Sequence record: MT586120.1
Length of the DNA: 64,000 nt
Reading direction: 5' to 3' (one strand)
The notes below the pieces were generated by a model. It was not told the DNA's origin and did no database searches. It saw only the letters and a program-made list of their open reading frames with translations. The number at the start of each line of letters is the position of its first letter. The first letter of the stretch is position 1. A program made the position numbers and the translations under genes. Below are positions 26,601 to 36,039 of this stretch, in pieces.

Positions 26601-29600
26601 GTGCCTATGTTGAGGGGCGGTAGATTGCGTGCTTCTGATACATTGGATTTCCGTCCTCGTGTTGCTCCATTCACTGCTACAGACGCATCACCATTTGATT
26701 ATACATCTAGAGATTTTGCTACTTCTGGGTCTACTGTAGTTCTAGTAACTGCTCCAGATGAAAGTATGGTTCTTGGATATGACTATTTTGTTGGTAGAAA
26801 GGACCGTGTAGTTCTAAACACATTGGGTGAATTGAAGTTGGTTATGGGTGCCCCCGCATTCTTACCCCAACTACCAGAGAGTGCTGAAGCTGCTTTAGAA
26901 ATAGCTCGCGTTACATACCCACCATATGTCTATGATGTTGATGATATTACAATCATCACACTAGATAATCGTAGATATACGATGCGCGATATTGGTGAAT
27001 TGGAAGATCGTATTGAGACACTAGAGGAGGTTACTTCACTATCATTACTTGAAAGAGAAACACAGTCATTACAAGTTCTTGATGCTGATGGTAATGATAG
27101 ATTTAAGAGTGGTTTCTTTGCGGATGACTTTAGGAATACTGACTTTATCGATTTTGATAATCCAGAGGCTAGAGTTGTTGTAGGACCTACAGGCACTCTT
27201 GAAGTTGGAACACAGTTTGCATCAATCCCAATGCAGCTGCAACCTGAAAGTGGTATTGATATTAATACACTTTCACTAGATCAAGATTTCCCTCTAATTG
27301 ATTCAAATGTTAGAAAGACTGGTGACCTAGTTACTCTAAATTACAATCAAATTGAATGGTTGAATCAGCCACTAGCATCACGTGTTGAAAATGTAAACCC
27401 ATTCAACGTTATTCTATATGATGGTGGGATGACTCTAAATCCCGCTAGTGATGATTTTATTGTAACTAGATCTATCGGTAACCGCCAAGTCAATGTATTT
27501 GGTGAGTCTGATGAGGACTTCAGTAGAACTTTTGTTGAGGGTATTGAGGTTGCTCAATTTATGAGGGAGCGCAATGTTGCCTTCAATGCGAGGGAGATCA
27601 AACCATTAACCAGATTCTATCCATTCTTTGAAGGTTCTGGTGGTATTGACTTTGTGCCCAAGCTCATTGAAATTACAATGCAGAATGGTACTTTCCAAGT
27701 AGGAGAGGCAGTAATTATTAGTGTAAACAATCAGACAATCTTCAGTGCTCGTGTAGCTGTACAGAATCACAAAACTGGTCCATTTAATAGTCCAACTACT
27801 AGATTTACTACAAATCCATATAATAGGGATGAATTAATTTCTGATGGGTACTCATCATCATCAACAGTATTGAATGTTGATATTCAATCACTTTCAAATC
27901 TATCTGATGAAAGATACTTTGGTTTGATTGGTCCTGGTTTGAGATTGGTAGGAGATCAAAGTGGTGCTATTGCAGTAATCACTGATCAAAGATTGGTTAG
28001 TGATGTGTCCGGTGATTTATTTGGATCGATATACTTTAGAGACCCATACACAGATCCAGCTCCGAACTTTAGGTTAAGAACTGGTATAAGGACATTTAGA
28101 TTATCATCTAGCCCTACTAATGAGCTGCCACAGTTGGGTGAAACTATCATTTCATTTGCAGAGGCATCATTTACTTCAGGTGGTACTATCCAGAATAGGA
28201 GAACCGAATCAGTAAATATTCGCGAGCTTCCACCACCACCTCCACCTATTATTATTGACCGTACAGTTACTAATAACTTTACTACGGTTATTGATAGGAC
28301 AGTTACTGTTAGACCACAGACAAATATCACTCAGATCACCAATATAACTCAGAGAATCCGAAGAAGACGTAGGGACCCCCTAGCCCAAACATTTTTTGTT
28401 GATGGTACAGGTGCTTTCTTAACTGGTCTAGACATTTATATGAAGACCAAATCTGAAGTAGACAATCTAACAATTCAGATTAGGCGGACTGAGTTGGAAA
28501 TTCCTCTAAGCTCACCTATACAAGATTTTGCGGAGGTTATTCTTACCCCCAATGAGGTTATAGTATCTGATGATGCTACATTACCGACTCCTATTACATT
28601 CCCATCTCCTATTTACTTGGAGCCAAATGTAACATATGCAGTTGTTCTTCTAGCACCAACTACCGATGACTATACTGCTTGGATCGCTAGGATGGGTGAG
28701 AATAACATTACCACACCTGAGGGTGCTGCTAGTGGTGCTGCTGTTATTTCTCAGCAGTATTTGGGTGGTTCATTGTTCAAGTCTCAGAATGGTTCTCTTT
28801 GGACACCATCACAGTTTGAAGATTTGAAGTTTACTTTATATAAGGCACAGTTTGTTGATACTGGTACAGTATTCCTAAACAACCCATCAATATTTGAAAC
28901 AACTGATCTTGATAGGAACCCAATTCAAACTCTACCAAGAAAACTAACAGTATTTGTAGAACCAACTACATATGCATTTGAAACTGGCGAAAAGTTAGCT
29001 TCTACTGCATCAGGAGTTAATAATATTGCTCGTGTTGTTGGTGAAGTTGAATTTGTTGGTGCTGGAGTAACATTATCATCTGTAACTGAAGGTGGTATTG
29101 GATACTTGGATGGATCATATAGTTCAGTTGAGCTAACACCAATCAATACTAATGGAATCAACGTATTAGCTGATGTTACTATTACTGGTGGGCAAGTTGG
29201 TATAGTATCAATTACATCTTCAGGTAGTGGATATCGGGTTGGAGATACACTGGGAATCACAACTTCCCTAGTTGGAGGTTCCGGTGGGGATGCAGTAGTC
29301 ACTGTTGATAGTGTCGGAGATACCGATACTGTATTTTTAACTAATGTTATTGGTGAAAAAATCAACATCACAGACTCACTCAACTCATATGATGAAGTTG
29401 GTAATGTACTAACTGCTATTGGTACTACTATTAGTGCAGAAAGTGAAGTTACAGATCCTATGAATACTGGATCAGTATTTGTACTAGATCTAGCAGCACA
29501 TGGTATGATGGCTGATAACAATATCGTTAGAATCAATGGATGTTTGCCTGATACATTGGGTACTGACCTAGTTGAAGGTATTGATATTTCATCTAACCAA

Positions 29601-30827
29601 ATTACAGTCGTTAGTCCAGAACTATTCTCAACCTTTGAAGGTATTTCCAGTAGTATTGGTTATCTATTGGTTGGTGGTGAGATTATGGAATATACGGACA
29701 ATGGTGATGGCACATTGGGAATTACTTCTCGTGGTGTTGATTCAACATTGATTAATATTCATGATCAAGGCTCTAGGGTATTCAAATATGAGTTGAGTGG
29801 TGTTTCTCTCAGGAGAATTAACACAGAGCACCAATTACCTACTGACCAGATTCTAGGAAATACTAGAGACTTTAATACTCTTCCATTGGAAATTGATCGT
29901 GGAGTTAGATCTATTGATGTTGGAATTACTCCATATACACCACAACTAAGTTTCAACCAAGAGCAACAATCTGGTGGAAATTCTGTTAGATCATCACAAA
30001 ACTTCCAGTATAATGCGATATTCCCTGCATTTGGGGTACTTACTCCTGGTGCAACTACCCAAATTGATACTTTGGTAAGAACTGTTACAGGAACTAGTGC
30101 TGGAGGTAATGAGGCATCATTTATTGATCAGGGTAGTGAGCCTATCGTATTAAATGCATTCAATGACTTTGATTCTCCTAGATTAGTTGCATCCATATAC
30201 AATGAGAATGCATACTTACAAGATCTACCTAATAATAAGTCACTAACTATGGCTTTGACTTTTAGAAGCTCAGATCCAAACTTAAGTCCCGCATTGGATA
30301 TCAACCAAGCAACAGTCTTTAGTGCTAGATCTGCTCTTAATAATCCAGTAAGTAATTATGCTGATGATCCAAGAACAAACCAGTTACTTGGAGATCCACA
30401 TACCTCAATCTACATCTCCCAGAAGGTTGATTTGGATAATCCAGCAACATCTCTCAAAGTAATTCTTACTGCATATAGAGATGAGACGGCTGATTTCCGA
30501 GTTTGCTATAGGTTGTTTGGTGCTGATACACAAGGAAGCACAGAGCCAAGTTGGGTGTTATTCCCTGGGTACGACAACTTATTAGATACTACTGGTAATG
30601 GTATTGGTGATAAAATCATTGACGTATCCAAGTTCAGTGGTCTTCCCAATAAGAAAGTTCGTGCTAGTCGCTTAATTGGTCCATCAGGTTTTGAGGATCT
30701 TGAGTATCTTTATGAGATCGATTCTCTACCTGAGTTCTCAGCTTTCCAGTTGAAGATTGTATTCAGTGGAACCAATGAGGCTAGACCACCTTCACTCAAC
30801 GACATCCGAGCAATCGCACTAGCTTAA
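23640..30827 (+). CDS. Large virion structural protein, DUF4815/VrlC-like (2395 aa)
   Basis: PYFDDFD.DK.YYKVLFKPGFPVQARELT.LQSILQNQ; APGADRLKI; DRFKSGFFADDF; DPLAQTF. Confidence 0.85.
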   Translation: MSQINLDTSPYFDDFDADKDYYKVLFKPGFPVQARELTTLQSILQNQISTFGEHFFKEGSMVIPGGITYNPQYTAVILEAQQGGIDVSLYLDQLVGKSIRGEVTGVRAKVIGYALPPQDAITNPTIFVTYTDSGNDDTTVFFTTNESLLLDQAIVYGNTTITANSIFATTVSTDATAVGSAAEIAEGVYFLRGTFVQVAKSSIVLEPYVNTPSYRVGLQITEQIVTAGQDNTLYDNAKGFNNFSAPGADRLKITLKLIKKPLNDYNDSNFVELLRVDFGEVKKLEENSNYNIIKEYIAGRTFDESGDYVINGFQLTADDSLNDNMGNGGIYNAEQTTEGGSKPSEDLAILKVSSGKAYVRGFDIKNPGTVNIDAPKARTTETQTSTGVPFEMGSKYFVNNVTSTPVVGLDIADNIIQLYSGRLDDSKEPTGDLIGEARVYSYSLEDAPYTSPATPWNLYLYDFQIFTKINLNRDVTSLLLAGYRVRGLSSGATGFVRTVSSDSATLTEVSGEFIIGERISINGSSIESISIASLTINKQNQVKSVKQNTSSLDPNIAVDFSADTRLYARVARNFAPSDTFSIDTSGFVTCAGRSFDSFKVGDIVVWQDSTNATLVYNEVLFLLPNDLGMNVGPVSNVAGVAAGTLPTSDLTGVNLRATESRVLNTENSALYVEMEKENIAKVNLDSSQLYFTTQITQQATVGSTLTLNRTLTGVNDALFTSFDQERYSIVYNDGTTETIGSEQVSLSADSTVITFTGLSKINEIGITVNVTAIKPSIKSKTKVLLKSQLLLVDKISPNLPADFGLTSNEFYGLRVDDEEISLNVADVESISAVYESLDGGDPVLDVLGFVNGLSLDANTVKGELILGSVSGTVAKMVDTTSPSNVRIVYFGQSRFEVGEEVIFSESNIKTNLQVVQPGNYNDITSKYTLDKGQREQFYDFSRLIRNGNAAAPNKKLLIVFDQFGVPADDNGDFYTANSYVEEIFATGVPMLRGGRLRASDTLDFRPRVAPFTATDASPFDYTSRDFATSGSTVVLVTAPDESMVLGYDYFVGRKDRVVLNTLGELKLVMGAPAFLPQLPESAEAALEIARVTYPPYVYDVDDITIITLDNRRYTMRDIGELEDRIETLEEVTSLSLLERETQSLQVLDADGNDRFKSGFFADDFRNTDFIDFDNPEARVVVGPTGTLEVGTQFASIPMQLQPESGIDINTLSLDQDFPLIDSNVRKTGDLVTLNYNQIEWLNQPLASRVENVNPFNVILYDGGMTLNPASDDFIVTRSIGNRQVNVFGESDEDFSRTFVEGIEVAQFMRERNVAFNAREIKPLTRFYPFFEGSGGIDFVPKLIEITMQNGTFQVGEAVIISVNNQTIFSARVAVQNHKTGPFNSPTTRFTTNPYNRDELISDGYSSSSTVLNVDIQSLSNLSDERYFGLIGPGLRLVGDQSGAIAVITDQRLVSDVSGDLFGSIYFRDPYTDPAPNFRLRTGIRTFRLSSSPTNELPQLGETIISFAEASFTSGGTIQNRRTESVNIRELPPPPPPIIIDRTVTNNFTTVIDRTVTVRPQTNITQITNITQRIRRRRRDPLAQTFFVDGTGAFLTGLDIYMKTKSEVDNLTIQIRRTELEIPLSSPIQDFAEVILTPNEVIVSDDATLPTPITFPSPIYLEPNVTYAVVLLAPTTDDYTAWIARMGENNITTPEGAASGAAVISQQYLGGSLFKSQNGSLWTPSQFEDLKFTLYKAQFVDTGTVFLNNPSIFETTDLDRNPIQTLPRKLTVFVEPTTYAFETGEKLASTASGVNNIARVVGEVEFVGAGVTLSSVTEGGIGYLDGSYSSVELTPINTNGINVLADVTITGGQVGIVSITSSGSGYRVGDTLGITTSLVGGSGGDAVVTVDSVGDTDTVFLTNVIGEKINITDSLNSYDEVGNVLTAIGTTISAESEVTDPMNTGSVFVLDLAAHGMMADNNIVRINGCLPDTLGTDLVEGIDISSNQITVVSPELFSTFEGISSSIGYLLVGGEIMEYTDNGDGTLGITSRGVDSTLINIHDQGSRVFKYELSGVSLRRINTEHQLPTDQILGNTRDFNTLPLEIDRGVRSIDVGITPYTPQLSFNQEQQSGGNSVRSSQNFQYNAIFPAFGVLTPGATTQIDTLVRTVTGTSAGGNEASFIDQGSEPIVLNAFNDFDSPRLVASIYNENAYLQDLPNNKSLTMALTFRSSDPNLSPALDINQATVFSARSALNNPVSNYADDPRTNQLLGDPHTSIYISQKVDLDNPATSLKVILTAYRDETADFRVCYRLFGADTQGSTEPSWVLFPGYDNLLDTTGNGIGDKIIDVSKFSGLPNKKVRASRLIGPSGFEDLEYLYEIDSLPEFSAFQLKIVFSGTNEARPPSLNDIRAIALA

Positions 30828-31051
30828 TGGAAGATAAAAGAATAAAAGTAGAGGGACATAACACCCTCTACAGGACTAGTAAAGGTTCTATTGTAAATTC
30901 GGACAAAGATGCCTATGAGGCATATATGACGAAAAGGGCACTTTCTAAATCAAAAAACGAAACATTAAAATGTTTAAGTAATGAGTTGGAAAATGCTAAG
31001 GCTGAGATTGAAGAGCTTAAATGTTTGATAAAACAAATTATTCATAAATAG
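30827..31051 (+). CDS. Small coiled-coil hypothetical protein
   Basis: ORF track; KVEGH..LYR...G.IVN.D pattern; translationally coupled. Confidence 0.8.
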   Translation: MEDKRIKVEGHNTLYRTSKGSIVNSDKDAYEAYMTKRALSKSKNETLKCLSNELENAKAEIEELKCLIKQIIHK

Positions 31052-31078
31052 AAATAGTATAGAATTAACTTAACTTCC

Positions 31079-31612
31079 ATGGCTAGTGCCTACGTATCAA
31101 ACATTACTATTGATCAAGGTACTGACTTTTCGGCTAGCTTTAAGTTGGACGACGCTGGAACTGCTATTCCAATTAACTTAACCCAATTTAGAGGTGTAAG
31201 TCAGTTGAGAAAGCATTCTGGTGCTAAATTTGGAGTGGGATTCGATGTCTCCATTCTAAATCCAAAGTCAGGTGAAATTATCATTAGACTCACCGCCGCC
31301 CAAACATCTGTCCTCAGGGAGGGTAGATATGTATATGATGTCATATTGATTAATAATACAGACGGTAAAATTTATCGAGCTGTTGAGGGCATGGCTCTAG
31401 TAAATCCAGGAGTAACAGACATGCATTCAGGAATTATTCCACCATCAACTCCACCAGTTGCTGTTGGTCCAAATCCCCCAGAAAATCCAATCGAAGGAAA
31501 TCTCTGGTGGAATACTCACGAAGGTCGTATGTACATCTACTACACCGATCAAGATAGCTCACAGTGGGTACAAACTAACCCATCTAGTAAAGATAACGAG
31601 AGGTCTTTCTGA
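31079..31612 (+). CDS. Small virion protein (Ig/BppU-like N-domain plus fibre-type 'GNLWWNT..G.MYIYY.D.DSSQWV' motif)
   Basis: SNITIDQGTDFS; GRYVYDVIL; late promoter ATAAATA ~31045-31051. Confidence 0.75.
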   Translation: MASAYVSNITIDQGTDFSASFKLDDAGTAIPINLTQFRGVSQLRKHSGAKFGVGFDVSILNPKSGEIIIRLTAAQTSVLREGRYVYDVILINNTDGKIYRAVEGMALVNPGVTDMHSGIIPPSTPPVAVGPNPPENPIEGNLWWNTHEGRMYIYYTDQDSSQWVQTNPSSKDNERSF

Positions 31613-31869
31613 TGGCAAATCTACTCGACCAAATTGGGCAAAGAAATGTTGTCCGTGTTCTTTCTAATGGAGTTCCATCTTCACTAGAGGGTCTAACTGA
31701 TACCGACTTTAATGGTATCCAAGACGGATCTGTTCCTGTGTGGAATGGTGAAGTTTTTAGTCAGAAAGTTGAATCATGCCAGCTAAGTACATCATCTTGT
31801 ATCCTTACTGTTGATCCTGTAACTAAAAATACAGCATTTACAGACACTCTAGATGGAGGTTTCTTCTGA
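31612..31869 (+). CDS. Small hypothetical virion protein
   Basis: ORF track; coupled on both sides; ends LDGGFF. Confidence 0.75.
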   Translation: MANLLDQIGQRNVVRVLSNGVPSSLEGLTDTDFNGIQDGSVPVWNGEVFSQKVESCQLSTSSCILTVDPVTKNTAFTDTLDGGFF

Positions 31870-32753
31870 TGGCTAAGCCAAGTACAAGGCAAGAGCTTGT
31901 AGAGTACGCCCTAAGGCGTCTAGGTGCCCCTGTATTGGAGATTAACGTTGCTGATGAGCAACTCGATGATATTCTTGATGATACCATCCAGCACTTCCAG
32001 GAGAGGCACTACGATGGGGTTATTCGTACTTATCTAAAGTATGAATTTACCGAAGAAGATATTATGAGGGGTACTGATTACAACCCATTCTTCCAAGCAG
32101 GTATTAGTACTGCTTCCCAGACTTATCCAGGAGCCACTGGTGCTACTGTAGATAAGTTTGTAGAAAACTCAAACTATATCCAAATACCAGACCATATTGT
32201 TGGTATTGAGAAAGTATTCACTCCCCCTAGTGCAACTGGTGGCGGTAGTGGATACTATCCTGGTGGTGGTATCTTGGGTCCAGGAGCATCCTATTATGGG
32301 ATGAATGGATATGGATACCTCGGTGGTATGGGTGGATTTGGTAATGGGGGAATGGTTACCCTTTATATGGCTGAAATGTGGAGATCTACTTATGATTTCC
32401 TAGCCAACCCACCATCAATCATCCGCTTCAACAAACGCCAAAATCGTCTGTACCTAGATATTAACTGGAACAGACTTTCAGCGGGTAGTGTGATTATTGT
32501 TGATTGTTACAGAGCACTAGATCCAGAGCATTTCTGTGAGATCTACAACGATAGTTGGGTCAAAAAGTATCTAGTTTCTGCTATCAAGAAGCAGTGGGGT
32601 CAGAACCTAATCAAATTCACTGGTACCAAACTACCTGGTGGAGTTGAGATGAATGGAAGACAGTTATATGATGATGGCGTTAGAGAGCTTGAAGAAATCA
32701 AGCGAGATATGTCTAGCGCATATGAACTACCACCCCTAGATTTCGTCGGTTAA
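31869..32753 (+). CDS. g13: Neck protein gp13
   Basis: KPSTRQEL.EYALRRLGAPVLEINV; WGQNLIKF.G.KLPGGV..NG; PPLDFVG. Confidence 0.92.
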   Translation: MAKPSTRQELVEYALRRLGAPVLEINVADEQLDDILDDTIQHFQERHYDGVIRTYLKYEFTEEDIMRGTDYNPFFQAGISTASQTYPGATGATVDKFVENSNYIQIPDHIVGIEKVFTPPSATGGGSGYYPGGGILGPGASYYGMNGYGYLGGMGGFGNGGMVTLYMAEMWRSTYDFLANPPSIIRFNKRQNRLYLDINWNRLSAGSVIIVDCYRALDPEHFCEIYNDSWVKKYLVSAIKKQWGQNLIKFTGTKLPGGVEMNGRQLYDDGVRELEEIKRDMSSAYELPPLDFVG

Positions 32754-32758
32754 TTACA

Positions 32759-34222
32759 ATGGTCGTCAATCCTTTCTTTTTACACGGCTCTACTCAAGAG
32801 CAAAACCTACAACAGGATCTCATTAATGAGCAGATCCGAATGTATGGTATGGATGTATATTACATTCCTCGTAATTTTGTTAGGGAGGCGACCATTATGA
32901 GGGAGGTAACTTCCTCTGCCTTCAGATCTTACTTTATTATTGAGGCTTACCTCAACAACTTTGATGGCTACGGCGGTCAGGGTGATATTATGTCTAAATT
33001 TGGTATCCAAGTTAAAGACGAGATCACCTTGACCTTATCAAGAGAGCGATATGAGAATTATATTGCTCCTTTCTTGAATTCTAGGATGCTATATCTTATG
33101 AATTCTGCTGCCGATGATGGCGCACTTCAAACAATTCAAAGACCTAGAGAAGGGGACTTAATCTATTTCCCACTAGGCAGAAGACTTTTTGAAATCAAAT
33201 ATGTAGAGCACGAACAGCCATTCTATCAGCTAGGTACAGGATATACCTACGAATTGCAGTGTGAGCTATTTGAATATGAAGATGAAATCCTCAATACCTC
33301 TATTGATGAGATTGATACTACCATCATTAATAAAGGTTTCATCAATACACTAAATCTAGTACCATTAAGTAATAGAGCAGAGGTTACTGCTAATTTGGGT
33401 ACTGGTTATATTAGAGAGTTGGTTATATTAAATGAAGGTAATAACTTTAGAGAAACTCCTTCAATCTATATAACTCCACCCCCAGAAGGTGGGGTTGAGC
33501 CTAATGTTGTCGCACTATTAACTAAAGCAGACTCAAATATTATTGAGCCAGCTATTAAGCAACTAGTTACATTCAGTAGTGGTTCTGGTTATATTGAAGA
33601 TCCAGAAGCAATTGCTGTAGGTGGGGGCGGTGAAGGTTCGATTATTAGGGCAACAATCAATACAGAATCTTTAGGTATTATTGATTTTGAGGTTACTAAT
33701 GCTGGTGCTGGTTATCCCGAAGATGCTGCGATTATTGTATATGATAAAGATAATAACCCAGTAGCCGAAGGTTTAGCATTGACTGACGGTGAAAAAATTG
33801 TATCCGCAATCATTAAAAATCCTGGTGCTGATCTAAAAGATGATATTAATGTTGTAGTATCTGCCCCAGCAACTTCTGGTGAAGGTGCTTACCTTTACAA
33901 TGAGATTATTATAGGTAAAGAATCTGGTATGCAGGCACGTGTTCGAGGTTGGAATGCTATTACTTGTCAATTAGAAGTCACTAACCTTGACCCAGAGAAA
34001 AACTTTGTTAATTTCCAGACAGGTGAGATTATTGAAGGTGAGAAGAGTGGTGCTAGGTATTCATTGAAAAACTTCAACTCAGATCAGACCCCAGCGGATG
34101 GTTTCAGTCAGAATGATGGAATCCAAGAGGAAGCTGATGTGGTTGTAGATACAAGTGAGTATAACCAGTTCTTTGATCCCAACCAAGATTACTTCTCATC
34201 TGATAATCCATTTGGCGAATAA
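32759..34222 (+). CDS. g14: Neck protein gp14
   Basis: NPFFL.GS..EQNL.QDLINEQI.MYG; RPREGDLIYFPL..RLFEIKYVEHE.PFYQLG. Confidence 0.92.
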   Translation: MVVNPFFLHGSTQEQNLQQDLINEQIRMYGMDVYYIPRNFVREATIMREVTSSAFRSYFIIEAYLNNFDGYGGQGDIMSKFGIQVKDEITLTLSRERYENYIAPFLNSRMLYLMNSAADDGALQTIQRPREGDLIYFPLGRRLFEIKYVEHEQPFYQLGTGYTYELQCELFEYEDEILNTSIDEIDTTIINKGFINTLNLVPLSNRAEVTANLGTGYIRELVILNEGNNFRETPSIYITPPPEGGVEPNVVALLTKADSNIIEPAIKQLVTFSSGSGYIEDPEAIAVGGGGEGSIIRATINTESLGIIDFEVTNAGAGYPEDAAIIVYDKDNNPVAEGLALTDGEKIVSAIIKNPGADLKDDINVVVSAPATSGEGAYLYNEIIIGKESGMQARVRGWNAITCQLEVTNLDPEKNFVNFQTGEIIEGEKSGARYSLKNFNSDQTPADGFSQNDGIQEEADVVVDTSEYNQFFDPNQDYFSSDNPFGE

Positions 34223-34250
34223 ATAAAGCATACTGATACTGTTTATTGCT

Positions 34251-35057
34251 GTGGGTGAATATTTCTATCACGGAATATTTAAGAAGACTACCGTTGCTTT
34301 TGGTAATCTCTTTAATAATATCCAAATCCAAAAAGTAAATAACGCTGATAAAACAATCAATGTTATGAAGGTAGGTCTTGGCTATGGACCTACTCAAAAG
34401 TTTTTGGCTAGATTGAATCAAATGGGTGAGTTGGATCAGCCAACACAGATCACTCTACCTAGAATGTCCTTTGAGATGACTGGGATTTCTTATGATGCAA
34501 CTAGAAAAACCAAGCCAACACAGACATTTAAGACCACTGATCGGGGTGAAAAGTTACAGAAAGTATACTTACCTGTTCCGTATAATGTTGAATATGAGCT
34601 TACCATTATGGCTAAGCTTAATGAAGATTGTTTGCAGATTGTAGAACAGATTCTTCCATACTTTCAGCCAGCATATACAACGACAGTTGATCTATTAGAA
34701 GAAGTTGGTGAGAAGAGAGATATTCCTATTGTACTAAACTCAATCAATTTTACTGATGATTATGAAGGTGACTTCGCTAGTCGTCGTATCTTATTGTATA
34801 CATTAAGCTTTACGGCTAAAACTTATCTATTCGGTCCTCTTGATGAGACTGGTGATGGTCTTATCAGGAAGGTTCAGGTTGATTATCATACAACTCATAA
34901 GAGACCTCCTGTTAGAGAAGTTAGATATACCGTCACACCTGACCCAGTTGACGCTGGTCCCGATGATGACTTTGGGTTTAATGAAGAGACTGAACTATTC
35001 TTTGATAGTAAGGTCTATAGCCCAACACAAAATATAGACTATACACCTGATAAATAA
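34251..35057 (+). CDS. g15: Tail sheath stabiliser/terminator gp15
   Basis: YFYHGIFKKT.VAFG.LFNNI; YGP.QKFLARL; LPRMSFEM; QIVEQILPYFQP. Confidence 0.92.
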   Translation: MGEYFYHGIFKKTTVAFGNLFNNIQIQKVNNADKTINVMKVGLGYGPTQKFLARLNQMGELDQPTQITLPRMSFEMTGISYDATRKTKPTQTFKTTDRGEKLQKVYLPVPYNVEYELTIMAKLNEDCLQIVEQILPYFQPAYTTTVDLLEEVGEKRDIPIVLNSINFTDDYEGDFASRRILLYTLSFTAKTYLFGPLDETGDGLIRKVQVDYHTTHKRPPVREVRYTVTPDPVDAGPDDDFGFNEETELFFDSKVYSPTQNIDYTPDK

Positions 35058-35079
35058 ACATAGTAAACCCCATATTCCT

Positions 35080-35526
35080 GTGAGTAATTTCGATCCCATT
35101 GATGAAGCTCTGAATATTGAGTCTGAGATTGTTAAGCAACCAAAGACCTATGATCTAACTCGGATTGATGATGAGGAAGAACTTGTCGTTTCTGATCGGA
35201 ATGATAAGCAGAAGGATTATGAGTATGCTAGGGCTAATCTATACAGCCTAATGGAAAAGGGACAGGAAGCCGTAGCAGGTGCCCTAGAACTAGCCCAGGA
35301 GGGCGACAGTGCCCGTTCTTATGAAGTAGCCATCAATGGCGTCAAAAGTATGGCAGAGGTCGCAGAGAAGCTCCTAGACCTTCAGAAGAAGGTTAAGGAC
35401 TTGGATGAGGTTTCTGTAACCAATACTCAAAATAATGTAACAAACAATTCCGTCTTTGTTGGTTCTACAACAGAATTGCAGAAGATGATTAAAGAGGGAA
35501 TGCTAAATAAACTACCAGAATCGTAA
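35080..35526 (+). CDS. g16: Terminase small subunit gp16
   Basis: KDYEYARANLYSL.EKGQEA..GALELA; R.YEV; NNSVFVGSTTELQKM. Confidence 0.9.
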   Translation: MSNFDPIDEALNIESEIVKQPKTYDLTRIDDEEELVVSDRNDKQKDYEYARANLYSLMEKGQEAVAGALELAQEGDSARSYEVAINGVKSMAEVAEKLLDLQKKVKDLDEVSVTNTQNNVTNNSVFVGSTTELQKMIKEGMLNKLPES

Positions 35527-35530
35527 GGCT

Positions 35531-35941
35531 ATGGCTAAACAAGATAAAAAGCGCTGTAAAGAGTGCGAAGGTATGGGAAAGGACTGCAAGTGCTCCAAAA
35601 AAGGAAAGGGTGGGTACTTTGGCTTTGACCAAAATATGGATGACTATACTATGGATTCCGGTCACGGATCGGATGAAGGTGGAGACGGTGGTGGGATGTC
35701 GGAAGGTATTAGGATGCCTAAAGCACCTTCAGATGCCGACAAATCAATGCAAGGTGCATCTAGACAAAGAAAGGAGAAAACATTGTCCGATTTTAGATCT
35801 GCTGCTGATGACGCCAAAAAACGTCAGAAGTATAAAGATGAGAATGATGACCTTGCGGTTACTCGTATGAAGAAAGGTGTTCGTTTCTATGATAAGAAGG
35901 GATCTGGATACCTTAAAGGTGGTAAAAAAACGTATGACTAA
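35531..35941 (+). CDS. Hypothetical charged protein (136 aa), possible internal head protein
   Basis: ORF track; K/D-rich; C-terminal KKGVRFYDKKGSGY. Confidence 0.7.
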   Translation: MAKQDKKRCKECEGMGKDCKCSKKGKGGYFGFDQNMDDYTMDSGHGSDEGGDGGGMSEGIRMPKAPSDADKSMQGASRQRKEKTLSDFRSAADDAKKRQKYKDENDDLAVTRMKKGVRFYDKKGSGYLKGGKKTYD

Positions 35942-36039
35942 ATAAGTGTGAAGGGCAATATAATGAAGGACGGCTTTATATGTCGTCGATGCAGTTCTTG
36001 GAGCCTTTCACATTATTTTATTAAATCCTGTTATTAGAT

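Noticed and set aside
9523-30000. Many 60-200 aa antisense and off-frame ORFs inside g7, g8 and the DUF4815-like gene (e.g. 28925-29536 minus)
   Set aside because: Expected shadows of long, codon-biased genes; no recognisable motifs, promoters or SDs.
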